The notes: generated from the letters alone by a model not told the origin. 55,154 nt of DNA from Shewanella sp. (GCF_051658185.1 NZ_JBOFMC010000067.1:1-55154), one strand, 5' to 3'. Positions 40,306 to 51,245 are shown, numbered from the stretch's first letter. Numbers and translations: made by a program.

Positions 40306-41097
40306 TCAGGCTCGTTCGTTGGCCGGCGCTTTTCGATACGCCAAGATTAGCAGTATTATGCCAACCGCTAAAAACGGCAAACTGAGCCATTGGCCAGCGC
40401 TGAGGAAGGTTTCAGTGTAAGCCGCTTGGCTAACTTTGAGGGACTCAATCCCGATACGCGCGCTAAACACCGACACCAAAAACACCCCAAACAGAGCGCC
40501 ATAACGCTGCTTAATTTGCGTTAATTGATACAAGGCATAGAGCCCGATAAAGATGGTTAAATAGGCTAACGCCTCATACAGCTGGGCTGGGTGCCGGGGT
40601 AGCATATCCACTCGGGCAAAAATCACCCCCCAAGGCAAGGTGGTAGGTTCGCCTAAAATTTCAGAGTTGGCAAAGTTTGCGATGCGCACAAAAAAGCCGA
40701 AAATGGCGGTGGCAATCGCCAATCTGTCGAGCAAAAATAAGAAAGGCAGCTTCACCTTACGCTGATAATAATACAAGGCCAAAATCGCCCCTAAACCGCC
40801 GCCATGGCTAGCCAGCCCGCCTTCCCATATCGCCAAAATCTTCAAGGGATGGGAGAAGTAATAGCCGGGATCGTAAAAAACACAGTGGGCTAATCGCGCC
40901 CCGACGATGATGCCGATAACGCAATAAATCAAAAGATTATCAAGGGATTCAACGTCAAGCTGTTCCTTGATATAAATGCGCTTCATCACTTGAAAACCCG
41001 CGGTGATCGCAATCGCAAATAACACACCATACCAATGCACTGTCAACCCCATAAATGAGACCATGACAGGATTAAGCTCCCACACTAAGTGTTCCAA
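40306..41097 (-). CDS. lgt: Prolipoprotein diacylglyceryl transferase (divergent type)
   Basis: HWYG, GARL, WEGGLASHGG, RIANFANSE, RHPAQLYE, GQWLSLP; TTG start after GGAG. Confidence 0.92.
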   Translation of the reverse strand: MEHLVWELNPVMVSFMGLTVHWYGVLFAIAITAGFQVMKRIYIKEQLDVESLDNLLIYCVIGIIVGARLAHCVFYDPGYYFSHPLKILAIWEGGLASHGGGLGAILALYYYQRKVKLPFLFLLDRLAIATAIFGFFVRIANFANSEILGEPTTLPWGVIFARVDMLPRHPAQLYEALAYLTIFIGLYALYQLTQIKQRYGALFGVFLVSVFSARIGIESLKVSQAAYTETFLSAGQWLSLPFLAVGIILLILAYRKAPANERA

Positions 41098-41302
41098 ATT
41101 TGATTACTCCATTATTCGGCGATACATAACGGTACGCTAAAAATGCTTGTTTTACGTGGTTAATGCGTAATAAACAAGCCCCAATTGAGCCTGCTTTGCA
41201 GCGCCGCACAATTTTTAAATCAACGCGCGCCTTAAGCGGTAGCAGAGGCCCTGCCCACCGAAGCCACAACCTTAACCACGGGCGCCAAGAATGCCGATGT
41301 TA

Positions 41303-41400
41303 AATTAGCAACGCGCTGATTAGCAAGGCGATACTTGGCAAGACTCTACTTGCTAATGCGCTACTTGGCAGCGCTCTGATTGGCAATGCTCTGATTGGCG
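41303..41400. repeat. Degenerate 15-bp tandem array, about 6.5 units
   Basis: AATTAGCAACGCGCT, GATTAGCAAGGCGAT, ACTTGGCAAGACTCT, ACTTGCTAATGCGCT, ACTTGGCAGCGCTCT, GATTGGCAATGCTCT. Confidence 0.85.
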
Positions 41401-41540
41401 AACAGCAGCTGATAGCCCTCAGGCCGCTACAGCAAACTGCGTAGCGAGAGCCTTAACGGCCGCCGAGAGCGTGGCAGGCCGCTCACGACGCTCACCGCGA
41501 GCATCAGCAATCCCTGAGCGCCTGCCGCGATCTCACACGC

Positions 41541-43724
41541 TTAGCTCATCGCTTTCGCCCGCGCCTGATGCAACTTTTTATAGCTTTCAATCAATCGTAA
41601 GTGCGGCTCAATGCCTTCGAGCTGCATGCTGGTTTTAGTCAAACCGCTAAAACGCACCTTACCCGTCACCGAACCGACCACCTCAGCCATCACCTCTTCA
41701 CCAAACATTCGGCTAAAGGCAGGAAGAAAGTCCTCAAGCGCCAAGTCTTCGTCTAAGGTCACCTCAAGCACGGCGCTCATCGCCTGATAAAACAGATTCC
41801 GCTTCACCGTATTGTCGTTAAATTGCAGGAACTCACCCACCAGCTCCAGCGCCTCTTCGTGCTCACCGAGCGCAAGATAAATCAAAATCTTAAGCTCGAT
41901 AATCGTCAGCTTGCCCCACACGCTATTTTCATCAAATACGATGCCAATGAGGGTGCGAATATCCGTGTAATTATCGAGCTGACTTTCTTCTAAGCGATTG
42001 ACTAGACTCGTGAGTTGTTTAGTACTTAAGGCATGCAGATTTAAAATATCTTCGCGATAGGCTAACGCTTTATTGGTGTTATCCCAAATGAGATCGTCCA
42101 CCGGATAAATCTCAGAATAATCAGGCACGAGGATACGGCAAGCGCTGGCGCCTAAGTCAGTTAATTCAGCGACATAGACTTCTTTACCTAAATCTTCGAG
42201 GATCGCAAATAGCCGCTCGGCTTCCTCTTCATTGCTGCCGGAAAAGTCCCACTCACAAAAAGGGAAATCCGCCTTGGCACTAAAGAAACGCCAAGAGATC
42301 ACCCCGGTAGAGTCAATAAAATGCTCAACAAAGTTTTCCGGCTCCGTTACCGCCATGCTGTTAAACGTCGGTTTAGGGACATCGTTAAGCCCCTCAAAAC
42401 TGCGCCCTTGCAACAATTCAGTCAGGCTGCGCTCAAGGGCCACCTCCAAGCTTGGGTGCGCGCCAAAGGAGGCAAACACCCCGCCGGTTTTAGGATTCAT
42501 CAAGGTAACGCACATCACCGGGAACTGCCCACCAAGGGAAGCATCCTTCACTAAGACGGGGAAGCCTTGCTCCTCTAAGCCTTTGATACCCGCCAGAATG
42601 CGCGGATACTTCTCGAGCACCGCCATCGGAACATCGGGTAATACCATTTCCTGTTCAATAATTTGGCGTTTAACCGCGCGCTCAAAAATTTCAGAAAGGC
42701 ACTGCACATGGGCTTCATTAAGGTTATTGCCCGCGCTCATACCGTTACTTAAAAACAGGTTTTCGATTAAATTCGATGGGAAATACACCGTCGCGCCATC
42801 GGACTTACGCCGATAGGGAATCGCGCAAATCCCGCGCTTAACATTGCCTGAGTTGGTATCAATCAAGTGCGAGCCACAAAGCTCACCGTCGGGGTTATAA
42901 ATTTCTAGGCAATAGTCATCTAAAATGCCCGCAGGCAAGGCGTCATCCGCGGTTAACGCGAACCATTTTTCATTGGGATAATGCACAAAGTCGCTATGGG
43001 CGATCTCGGTACCAAAAAATTGATCATTATAGAAAAAGTTATTATTCAACCGCTCAATAAATTCACCGAGGGCAGAACACAGCGCGCTCTCTTTCGTCGC
43101 CCCTTTACCGTTAGTGAAACACATAGGCGAGGCGGCGTCGCGAATATGCAGCGACCAGACATTCGGCACAATATTGCGCCATGAAGAGATTTCAATCTTC
43201 ATTCCAAGCTTGGCCAGCATCGCCGTCATATTGGCGATAGTTTGTTCAAGCGGCAAATCTTTACCCAAAATATAGGTGCTCGCGCTGCTATCGCCCGAGC
43301 CGATTAACATGGCATTGGCATCCGCATCGAGATTAGCCACGGTATTGACTTTAAATTCCGGGCCCGTCTGCACCACTTTTTTTACGGTACAACGATCGAT
43401 GGAGCGCAAAATGCCTTCGCGGTCTTTATCACTGATATCCTCTGGCAACTCAACATCGATCTGGAAAATCTGCCGATAGCGATCCTCTGGATCAACAATA
43501 TTATTTTGGGATAAACGAATATTGTCCGTTGGAATATCACGGGCTTGGCAATACACCTTAATAAAATAGGCCGCGCACAAAGCGGAAGAGGCTAAAAAAT
43601 AATCAAAGGGACTAGGGGCAGAGCCATCACCTTTGTAGCGGATGGGCTGATCGGCGGTCACAGTAAAATCATCAAACTTGGCTTCAAGTCTAAGATTGTC
43701 GAGAAAATTAACTTTGATTTCCAT
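41541..43724 (-). CDS. OsmC-domain/YcaO-domain fusion protein
   Basis: N-terminal OsmC fold (DQP..GDGSAPSP, ASSALCAA, IDRCTVK); YcaO ATP motifs GKG.T..SALGEFIER, SNGMSAGN..EIFER, RSLTELLQ; start moved to ATG 43724. Confidence 0.92.
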   Translation of the reverse strand: MEIKVNFLDNLRLEAKFDDFTVTADQPIRYKGDGSAPSPFDYFLASSALCAAYFIKVYCQARDIPTDNIRLSQNNIVDPEDRYRQIFQIDVELPEDISDKDREGILRSIDRCTVKKVVQTGPEFKVNTVANLDADANAMLIGSGDSSASTYILGKDLPLEQTIANMTAMLAKLGMKIEISSWRNIVPNVWSLHIRDAASPMCFTNGKGATKESALCSALGEFIERLNNNFFYNDQFFGTEIAHSDFVHYPNEKWFALTADDALPAGILDDYCLEIYNPDGELCGSHLIDTNSGNVKRGICAIPYRRKSDGATVYFPSNLIENLFLSNGMSAGNNLNEAHVQCLSEIFERAVKRQIIEQEMVLPDVPMAVLEKYPRILAGIKGLEEQGFPVLVKDASLGGQFPVMCVTLMNPKTGGVFASFGAHPSLEVALERSLTELLQGRSFEGLNDVPKPTFNSMAVTEPENFVEHFIDSTGVISWRFFSAKADFPFCEWDFSGSNEEEAERLFAILEDLGKEVYVAELTDLGASACRILVPDYSEIYPVDDLIWDNTNKALAYREDILNLHALSTKQLTSLVNRLEESQLDNYTDIRTLIGIVFDENSVWGKLTIIELKILIYLALGEHEEALELVGEFLQFNDNTVKRNLFYQAMSAVLEVTLDEDLALEDFLPAFSRMFGEEVMAEVVGSVTGKVRFSGLTKTSMQLEGIEPHLRLIESYKKLHQARAKAMS

Positions 43725-43999
43725 TGGATATGATTTCCACTCAATATGCGAGTCAGTGCGGCCCATAGACCAAGCGGCGCCAAGTCATGGGAAAGAGGAG
43801 TGAATTATCGGTGTTTTTCAGTCATTAGTCTTGGATTAATTATGCAAACCTCCCCTCAGGGCGCTCAGCCGAGGCAAAATACCGCCTGCGAGCTGGCGGG
43901 CTCTAGATCCGAGGCTAAGCCTTAAGCGCTTGAGCATCCCGCCACTATTGCCTACAATAGCCCCCGCATTTTCACTATAAACAATGACAGATCATCACC

Positions 44000-44245
44000 A
44001 TGAATGACACAACAGCACTACCCGCATTACCCGATCGCCTGTCGGTCAACCCTCGCAGCAAATACCATATCGCCGCCATTTTCGAGCACGATATTGGCAT
44101 TCGCGTCAACGGCAAAGAACGTTTTGATGTTGAAGAATATTGCATCAGTGAAGGTTGGGTAAAAGTGCCTTCAAAATCCTTAGATCGTCGCGGCCAACCG
44201 TTGCTGTTGACCATCAAAGGCGCTGTTGAAGCCTTTTATCGTTAA
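44000..44245 (+). CDS. Small conserved protein (DUF3297-like)
   Basis: LPDRLS.NPRS, GIR.NGKER.DVEEYCISEGWVKV, DRRG.P, G.VE.FY. Confidence 0.82.
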   Translation: MNDTTALPALPDRLSVNPRSKYHIAAIFEHDIGIRVNGKERFDVEEYCISEGWVKVPSKSLDRRGQPLLLTIKGAVEAFYR

Positions 44246-44270
44246 CACCGTCGGCAGTTGCTAACGGTCT

Positions 44271-44296
44271 ATTTGGGCAGGCTTCCCTGCCCAAAT
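44271..44296. terminator. Hairpin between convergent small genes
   Basis: ATTTGGGCAGG-cttc-CCTGCCCAAAT. Confidence 0.7.
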
Positions 44297-44353
44297 TGCT
44301 CGCAACGACATGCTTCACATAGGCATGCCTCACAACAATCATTCACAAAAGCA

Positions 44354-44626
44354 TTAGTGCACCGCCCCTCCGGCACGTGCAATCCCGATAATCCCAATCA
44401 CAATCCAAAAGCCATTTAATAAGGTATAGGCAGCGTCCTTTCGCAGCGCCGCGCACCAGGTCAGCAACATCGCATCCACCGTGTTGAACACCCACACAAA
44501 TAAAAACGGACTGGCAGGCCCAAGCCAACTCACCAAAGAAAAGCTCACTCTGCGCATAAGGACTCCGACCATTTCAAAGCTGCACATGTGGGTGAGTAAA
44601 AACGCATTACATTTAGTTAAAATCAA
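44354..44626 (-). CDS. Small 2-3 TM membrane protein (CBU_0592-like pattern)
   Basis: FNTVDAMLL..AYTLLNGFWIVIGIIG hydrophobic pattern; start uncertain (TTG 44626 or a later ATG). Confidence 0.55.
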   Translation of the reverse strand: MILTKCNAFLLTHMCSFEMVGVLMRRVSFSLVSWLGPASPFLFVWVFNTVDAMLLTWCAALRKDAAYTLLNGFWIVIGIIGIARAGGAVH

Positions 44627-44942
44627 AGCTGTTACACCATAATATTGACAAGTGAGTCCATCTTGGACGACGCCTTGCCTGGCGCGCTAATTAGCAGGTT
44701 TTGCGATAGGCTTTACATAGGGCTGATAACATGAATCACACAGGGATGGTCAGGCCGCCATATACCAGATTTTTCTGGTGATACGCGATATCAAACGCCG
44801 CTCAACGTGCCAACTATATAGTTATTTTTCAAGTAGCTGTGGTTGAATTATTTTCCAGAGCCAAAAAGCTCGGGGGAAGGAAAGACAGCATTCTGTCCGA
44901 GCAGAGTAAAAACGCCATTCATCGGGAACAATGGCGCAGAAT

Positions 44943-44978
44943 AAATTAACCCCGCTTAAGCCAAAGCGGGGTTAATTT
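44943..44978. terminator. 15-bp perfect hairpin downstream of prmC
   Basis: AAATTAACCCCGCTT-aagcca-AAGCGGGGTTAATTT; a second hairpin CGCCATT..AATGGCG with a minus-strand T-run lies near 44908-44937. Confidence 0.75.
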
Positions 44979-45113
44979 AAAATGGAATTAAATCAAAGCG
45001 GAGTTGAGCCAAAAAGGAGTTAAGTCAAAACGGAATTGAGTAAAAAAGGAGGTAGCCCTAGCTCTGATAACAAAAGCCCTGCTAACAGAAGCTCAGTGAC
45101 CCAAAGCCCGGTG
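44956..45113. repeat. 16-bp array x6 copied from the hairpin loop and arm, then a 15-bp array x3.5
   Basis: TTAAGCCAAAGCGGGG, TTAATTTAAAATGGAA, TTAAATCAAAGCGGAG, TTGAGCCAAAAAGGAG, TTAAGTCAAAACGGAA, TTGAGTAAAAAAGGAG; then AGCTCTGATAACAAA, AGCCCTGCTAACAGA, AGCTCAGTGACCCAA. Confidence 0.85.
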
Positions 45114-45190
45114 GATACCAAATCCCGGACAAGTGCAACGTTTAATCACGCTAACGTCGAATCCCCAACATCTAAGAACGTTAGCGCACA

Positions 45191-46078
45191 TTACTCCGCC
45201 CATTTGCCCAGAGTGCATCTATCGTTACTGCCAAAATCCCGCACGGTGGCGACATTTTCGTAACCCAACTCAACCAGCTTGGCCCTCAGTTTCACCGCCT
45301 GCTCAAAGCCATGCTCCAGCAAAATATAGCCATTGGGTTTAAGGTAATCCCGGGCAGTTTTGGCAATATAGTACAGATCGGCAAAACCTTCCTCGGCGGC
45401 GGTTAGGGCACTTTGAGGCTCAAAGCGCACATCACCTTGGTGCAGATGCTCATCCGTCTCGTCAATATAGGGCGGATTGGAGACGATTAAGTCAAAATCC
45501 CGCGCCTTGACGGCGCTAAACCAGTCACTTTGCAGGATGTTCACCTGCGTCAGCTTTAGGTTTTCACGGTTGGCAATGGCAAGCGCTACCGCATCATCGA
45601 CCTTATCGACGGCGGTGATCTCCCACGACTCCCTTTCAGACGCCAGCGCCAGTGCAATCGCCCCGGTACCTGTGCCTAAATCCAGCACTTTGGCATAGGT
45701 CGATAAGGGTAAACTCAGCGCGGTTTCAACCAAGATTTCGGTATCCGGACGCGGGATCAACGTGGTGTCATTGACCATAAAAGGCAAGGACCAAAATTCC
45801 CGCTCCCCCACAATATGCGCCACCGGCAGGCCTTTGTGGCGCTTTTGCACCAACGCCTCAAAGGATTTTACCTGCTCAGGGGTAAGGGGCTTTTCGGGCC
45901 AAGTGTATAAAAAGGCTCGGCGTTTTTTAATGCAGTGCAGCAGCAACACCTCAGCATCCAGCTGAGCGGAGTCAGAGGTGGGCGCTAACAGTAAACACGC
46001 CCATTGCAAGGCTGTGGCAATGGTGGCCGGCTCAGCCAGAGCCAGCTGCTCCGGCAATGCGAGTGGTTGAGATAACAT
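45191..46078 (-). CDS. prmC: Release factor glutamine N5-methyltransferase
   Basis: LIPRPDTE, LDLGTGTG, SNPPY, EHG; start overlaps the prfA stop. Confidence 0.97.
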   Translation of the reverse strand: MLSQPLALPEQLALAEPATIATALQWACLLLAPTSDSAQLDAEVLLLHCIKKRRAFLYTWPEKPLTPEQVKSFEALVQKRHKGLPVAHIVGEREFWSLPFMVNDTTLIPRPDTEILVETALSLPLSTYAKVLDLGTGTGAIALALASERESWEITAVDKVDDAVALAIANRENLKLTQVNILQSDWFSAVKARDFDLIVSNPPYIDETDEHLHQGDVRFEPQSALTAAEEGFADLYYIAKTARDYLKPNGYILLEHGFEQAVKLRAKLVELGYENVATVRDFGSNDRCTLGKWAE

Positions 46079-47169
46079 TAACCCTGCTCGTCGGCCAATG
46101 CCGCCAACAAATCGGCCTGATGCTCTTGCATCAAGGGGGCTAAAATCGCATCTAAATCCCCTTCCATCACTTCGTTCAAGCGATATAAGGTTAAGTTAAT
46201 GCGGTGCTCACTCACTCGGCCTTGAGGGAAGTTATAGGTACGCACCCGTTCCGAGCGGTCACCACTGGCAACCAGACTACGACGGGTCGACTCTTCGGCG
46301 CTACGGCGTTTTTCGTCCTCAACCGCTTGGATGCGGGCCGCTAACACGCTCATCGCTTGGGCACGGTTTTTGTGCTGCGAGCGTTGATCTTGGCATTCGA
46401 CCACAATTCCGGTTGGGATGTGGGTGATCCGAATCGCCGAGTCGGTTTTGTTAACGTGCTGACCACCCGCGCCCGATGAGCGGAAGGTATCGACTTTTAA
46501 ATCCGCCGGATTAATTGAAATCGCTTCAGCTTCTGGCACCTCATGCATCACCACGACCGTCACTGCCGAAGTATGCACTCGACCTTGGGATTCAGTTTCT
46601 GGCACACGTTGCACGCGGTGGCCACCGGATTCAAACTTGAGTTTGCCATAAGCACCCTCGCCGGTGACTTTAACGATGATTTCTTTAAAGCCGCCGTGTT
46701 CACCTTCGTTACAGCTCATGATCTCAAGCTGCCAACGATTGGCTTCAGCGTAACGGCTGTACATGCGGAACAGATCTCCGGCGAAAATCGCTGCCTCATC
46801 ACCGCCCGCACCGGCGCGGATTTCAATGAAGGCATTGCTATCGTCGTTAGGATCTTTTGGCAGTAGCAGGATTTGCAGCTCACTTTCAAGACGCTCAAGC
46901 TCAGCTTTGGCCGTTTTCATTTCTTCTTGAGCCATCTCGCGCATGTCGGCGTCGTCTTCTTCCAACATTTCTTTGGCAGATTGGAGATCGGCCTGCGCTT
47001 GCTGGTAAGCCTTAAAGCCAGTGACCACATCTTCTAACTGCGCATATTCTTTGGATAAGGCGCGAAACTTGTCCTGATCGGCGATAACGGCTGCATCACC
47101 AAGTAAGGCCAACACTTCTTCATTGCGCTCGAGCAAGCCTTCCAGCTTGCGGATAACGGATTCCTTCAT
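46078..47169 (-). CDS. prfA: Peptide chain release factor 1
   Basis: GGQ motif, PET recognition loop ([10 protein letters not shown]), RTYNFPQGR. Confidence 0.99.
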   Translation of the reverse strand: MKESVIRKLEGLLERNEEVLALLGDAAVIADQDKFRALSKEYAQLEDVVTGFKAYQQAQADLQSAKEMLEEDDADMREMAQEEMKTAKAELERLESELQILLLPKDPNDDSNAFIEIRAGAGGDEAAIFAGDLFRMYSRYAEANRWQLEIMSCNEGEHGGFKEIIVKVTGEGAYGKLKFESGGHRVQRVPETESQGRVHTSAVTVVVMHEVPEAEAISINPADLKVDTFRSSGAGGQHVNKTDSAIRITHIPTGIVVECQDQRSQHKNRAQAMSVLAARIQAVEDEKRRSAEESTRRSLVASGDRSERVRTYNFPQGRVSEHRINLTLYRLNEVMEGDLDAILAPLMQEHQADLLAALADEQG

Positions 47170-47183
47170 TTAACTCGCTAACC

Positions 47184-48434
47184 TTAGTTTTTATCTAATC
47201 CGAGCGCCGTTCTTAACTGACCGAGTGTATTCAAATCCCCCTGACGGCTAGCCGCAGTAAGGGCTTGAGTGGGTGCGTGAATAAGTTTGTTGGTCAGGCG
47301 GTTGGCCAGTTCGACCAATACCTGCTCCGTATCGCCGCCTTGTGCTAATTTATTCAAGGCGCGCTCTACTAACTCTTCTTTTATCGCCATGCTTTGATTG
47401 CGATATTCACGAATACTGTCGACCGACTCTAAAGAACGCACCCAATCCATAAAGAGGTAGGATTGTTCTTCAGTAATTAATTCAGCTTGCTCGGCGGCCT
47501 CCTTACGAGACGCCTTATTTTGTTCAATAATGCTATGCAGATCGTCCACTGTATACAGATAGGCGTCGTCTAAATCGGCGACTTCCGGCTCAATATCTCG
47601 GGGAACAGCGATATCAACCAATAACATAGGTTGATGGCGACGCTGCTTTAGCGCTTTTTCGACCATGCCTTTACCTAGGATAGGCAATGGGCTGGCAGTA
47701 GAGGATATCACGATATCGGCTTTAGGGAGAAAATCTGGTATCTGTGCCAGCGTAATGGCGGTGGCATTGAATTCTTCACACATGCCTTGAGCGCGCTCTA
47801 AGGTACGGTTTGCCACCACCATGGAAGCGACGCCATTATCTTTTAGATGCTTAGCCACCAGCTCAATGGTTTCACCGGCGCCAATCAATAGCACTTTGGT
47901 GGTCGAGAGTGATGAGAAGATATGTTTGGCCATGCTCACTGCGGCAAAGGCGACCGACACCGCTGCGGCGCCAATGTCAGTTTCGGTGCGCACTTTTTTG
48001 GCGACCGAAAAAGTATTTTGAAATAGCCTATCGATGGTTAAAGCAACGGTGCCCGCTTCTTTCGCTTTGGCAAAGGCTTGCTTAACCTGCCCCAAAATTT
48101 GCGGCTCACCCAAAATTAACGAGTCAAGCCCCGAAGCGACGCGCATCAAATGCTTGACCGCACTTTGACCGCGATAGTTGTAGAGGCAAGGCGCCACATC
48201 TTTATGATCTAAGCCATGATATTCCTCAAGCCAAGCGATAATGTCGGCTTCATCGCCATTGTTGCAATACAACTCAGTGCGATTACAGGTCGAGACAATA
48301 ACGGCTTCACCCGAGCGCGTGCAACTGGCCAGACTCTTCATGGCGTCATGAATTTTGTCCGGAGAGAAGGCAACTTTCTCACGCAGGTCTACCGTGGCTG
48401 TTTTGTGGTTAATACCGATTGCTACAAGGCTCAT
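47184..48434 (-). CDS. hemA: Glutamyl-tRNA reductase
   Basis: [28 protein letters not shown]. Confidence 0.99.
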   Translation of the reverse strand: MSLVAIGINHKTATVDLREKVAFSPDKIHDAMKSLASCTRSGEAVIVSTCNRTELYCNNGDEADIIAWLEEYHGLDHKDVAPCLYNYRGQSAVKHLMRVASGLDSLILGEPQILGQVKQAFAKAKEAGTVALTIDRLFQNTFSVAKKVRTETDIGAAAVSVAFAAVSMAKHIFSSLSTTKVLLIGAGETIELVAKHLKDNGVASMVVANRTLERAQGMCEEFNATAITLAQIPDFLPKADIVISSTASPLPILGKGMVEKALKQRRHQPMLLVDIAVPRDIEPEVADLDDAYLYTVDDLHSIIEQNKASRKEAAEQAELITEEQSYLFMDWVRSLESVDSIREYRNQSMAIKEELVERALNKLAQGGDTEQVLVELANRLTNKLIHAPTQALTAASRQGDLNTLGQLRTALGLDKN

Positions 48435-48685
48435 CTGACTCTTTCTAGATTCTTGACGTCTATTTTAGTCGGGCATTCTACTGAATTGACGCCACTAAAA
48501 ACAGAATACGCTTAACAAAACCGAATAAAGGTCTAACTTCTTAGCTAAATTTTCTATCAATCTGGCTAAACAAGCATTGCCTTTACGAAACAACCCCTAA
48601 GTGACTGCCGCGGGAAATTTTACGATTAGCATTGGTATTCTTACCAAGCCCTCGTATCATAAGGACTTTGATAGACCCGGCATAG

Positions 48686-49330
48686 ATGAATAATTTGAAA
48701 CGCTTCATAAAATCCATTTTATCTTGTATCACCTTGAGTAGTTTGCTGTTTTTAACTGGCTGCCAAACGCTCCCCAACGTGAATGACTTAAGCCCCATCA
48801 CCGTGAGCGAGGCTCGTCAGGCAACGGCTTGGGAATTACAAGGCAAGCTTGCCATCAAAACCAGCACAGATAAACTGAGCGCCAACCTCTACTGGCGCCA
48901 TACCCAAGCAGGGGATGAACTGACCCTCACGACCATGCTGGGCACCACGATATTAACCCTCAACGCCACCCCGAATTCAGCACATTTGCAATTGGATGGT
49001 AAAGAATTTCATGATAGTAATGCCCAGCGCTTGCTCGAACGTGTAAGCGGATGGTCGCTTCCCCTTGACGCGTTACCGCTATGGATTATCGGCATCGCAG
49101 GCCAACGTGATGAAATTATCGAGCGCGATGAGCTGCAACAACCTAAGCGGCTTCTCAACAAGCAAACGCCCCCACCTTGGCAGGTCAACTTTTTAAGTTG
49201 GCAACGCCAAAGTGGCGCTAACGTCCCACGCCAATTCACCCTCGCGCGGGGCGATTTACACCTGAAACTGCAACTCAACCAATGGCAAGCCCTAGGCAAA
49301 CCCGCGGTAATCATTGGAGAAAAATCTTAG
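48686..49330 (+). CDS. lolB: Outer-membrane lipoprotein insertion protein LolB
   Basis: Lipobox LTGC, W.LQGKLAI, GWSLP..LPLWI.G; hemA-divergent, ispE-adjacent position. Confidence 0.93.
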   Translation: MNNLKRFIKSILSCITLSSLLFLTGCQTLPNVNDLSPITVSEARQATAWELQGKLAIKTSTDKLSANLYWRHTQAGDELTLTTMLGTTILTLNATPNSAHLQLDGKEFHDSNAQRLLERVSGWSLPLDALPLWIIGIAGQRDEIIERDELQQPKRLLNKQTPPPWQVNFLSWQRQSGANVPRQFTLARGDLHLKLQLNQWQALGKPAVIIGEKS

Positions 49331-49331
49331 C

Positions 49332-50186
49332 ATGTCAGCTACCCTCTCCCGTCATTGGCCCGCACCGGCCAAACTCAACCTGTTTTTACATGTCAATGGC
49401 CGGCGTAGCGACGGCTACCATGAATTGCAGACCTTATTTCAGTTTATTGATTACAGCGACATGCTGGATTTCAAAGTCACTGCCAACCCTGAGCTGATTC
49501 TGCATTCCAATATGGGCAATCTTGTCGCCGATAGCGATAACTTAATTCTGCGAGCCGCAAAATCACTCCAGCAGCAGACAGGTTTTGGCGGCGGAGCGGA
49601 AATCTGGCTCGATAAACGTCTGCCAATGGGCGGAGGATTAGGCGGCGGCTCCTCCGATGCGGCAACCACCTTAGTGGCATTAAACGCCCTGTGGAATACC
49701 CAATTATCTCCTGAAGAATTAGCCGCCATCGGATTGAAGCTGGGGGCCGATATCCCTGTTTTCATTCATGGTTTCGCGGCTTTTGCCGAAGGCGTAGGCG
49801 AACGTCTGCAGGCCGTCAGCCCAGATGAACCTTGGTATTTAGTGATAGTCCCCGATGCCCATGTTTCCACCGCGGCGATATTCCAAGATCCCCTATTGCC
49901 ACGCAATACACCTAAGCTCGCCATCGACTCTTTAATGAACCAACCTTGGGGCAATGATTGCCAAAATCTGGTGGCATCTCAATACCCTCAAGTTGCCAAG
50001 GCCTTAGGCTGGCTGCTAGAATATGCGCCGTCGAGAATGACCGGAACAGGCGCATGCGTGTTTGGGGAGTTTCCACAACAGCAACAAGCTCTTGCAGCCT
50101 TGGCGAAGTTACCGTCTGATATGCAAGGATTTATTGCAAAAGGGATGAATATTTCGCCGCTCATTACGCGACGTAATCATCCATAA
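49332..50186 (+). CDS. ispE: 4-diphosphocytidyl-2-C-methyl-D-erythritol kinase
   Basis: [43 protein letters not shown]; start moved to ATG 49332. Confidence 0.98.
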   Translation: MSATLSRHWPAPAKLNLFLHVNGRRSDGYHELQTLFQFIDYSDMLDFKVTANPELILHSNMGNLVADSDNLILRAAKSLQQQTGFGGGAEIWLDKRLPMGGGLGGGSSDAATTLVALNALWNTQLSPEELAAIGLKLGADIPVFIHGFAAFAEGVGERLQAVSPDEPWYLVIVPDAHVSTAAIFQDPLLPRNTPKLAIDSLMNQPWGNDCQNLVASQYPQVAKALGWLLEYAPSRMTGTGACVFGEFPQQQQALAALAKLPSDMQGFIAKGMNISPLITRRNHP

Positions 50187-50297
50187 ACTACTTTCTTCTA
50201 AGGTCACCACTTACGATAACGCCGCGGGTTTTCCTGTTTCCCATCGTCGTGACCTTAGCCACTAAATAATATAAAGCAAACGCCTGAGGTTCATACA

Positions 50298-51245
50298 GTG
50301 CCCGACATCAAGCTCTTTGCTGGGAACGCCACCCCCAGTCTCGCTAAGAAGATAGCCGATCGTCTATTTTGCAAACTCGGAGACGCAGTGGTTGGTCGTT
50401 TCAGCGATGGTGAAATCAGTGTCCAAATTAACGAAAATGTGCGTGGAGCCGATGTCTTTATCATCCAATCCACCTGTGCACCGACCAACGATAACCTAAT
50501 GGAACTGATCGTGATGGTTGATGCGCTACGCCGCGCGTCAGCGGGTCGTATCACTGCTGTTATTCCTTACTTTGGTTATGCTCGCCAAGACCGTCGCGTC
50601 CGTAGCGCCCGTGTACCGATTACGGCAAAAGTAGTCGCTGACTTCCTGTCTAGCGTCGGGGTTGACCGGGTGTTGACCTGTGACCTGCACGCTGAGCAAA
50701 TTCAAGGTTTCTTTGATGTTCCGGTCGATAACGTCTTTGGTAGCCCAGTGTTACTCGAAGACATGCTCGCGAAGAAGTTAGATAATCCAGTGGTAGTTTC
50801 ACCGGATATCGGCGGTGTTGTGCGCGCTCGCGCGGTCGCAAAACTGCTCGATGATTCTGATCTGGCCATCATTGATAAACGTCGCCCACAGGCAAACGTA
50901 GCCCAAGTGATGCACATTATTGGTGATGTTCAAGGCCGTGACTGCATTATCGTTGACGACATGATCGATACGGGTGGCACCCTGTGTAAAGCGGCTGAAG
51001 CCTTAAAAGAACACGGTGCAAACCGCGTCTTTGCCTACGCGACCCACCCCGTGTTTTCTGGTAATGCTGCGCAAAATATTATCAACTCAGTGATCGATGA
51101 AGTTATCGTGACCGACACCGTACCCTTAAGCCCTGAAATGCTTCAGGTGTCTAAAGTAACTCAATTGACTATGTCTGCGGTACTGGCCGAAGCGATCCGT
51201 CGCGTCAGTAACGAAGAATCGATCTCTGCGATGTTTAGCCACTAA
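50298..51245 (+). CDS. prs: Ribose-phosphate pyrophosphokinase
   Basis: [40 protein letters not shown] start. Confidence 0.99.
   Translation: MPDIKLFAGNATPSLAKKIADRLFCKLGDAVVGRFSDGEISVQINENVRGADVFIIQSTCAPTNDNLMELIVMVDALRRASAGRITAVIPYFGYARQDRRVRSARVPITAKVVADFLSSVGVDRVLTCDLHAEQIQGFFDVPVDNVFGSPVLLEDMLAKKLDNPVVVSPDIGGVVRARAVAKLLDDSDLAIIDKRRPQANVAQVMHIIGDVQGRDCIIVDDMIDTGGTLCKAAEALKEHGANRVFAYATHPVFSGNAAQNIINSVIDEVIVTDTVPLSPEMLQVSKVTQLTMSAVLAEAIRRVSNEESISAMFSH

Noticed and set aside
42232..42816. 194-aa antisense ORF in the YcaO gene, and similar shadow ORFs in pntAB, prfA and ispE
   Set aside because: Expected from codon bias on the opposite strand of conserved genes; no independent signals.
50187..50297. 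tRNA between ispE and prs, as in pseudomonads
   Set aside because: No cloverleaf, TTC-loop or CCA end; only a stem-loop.
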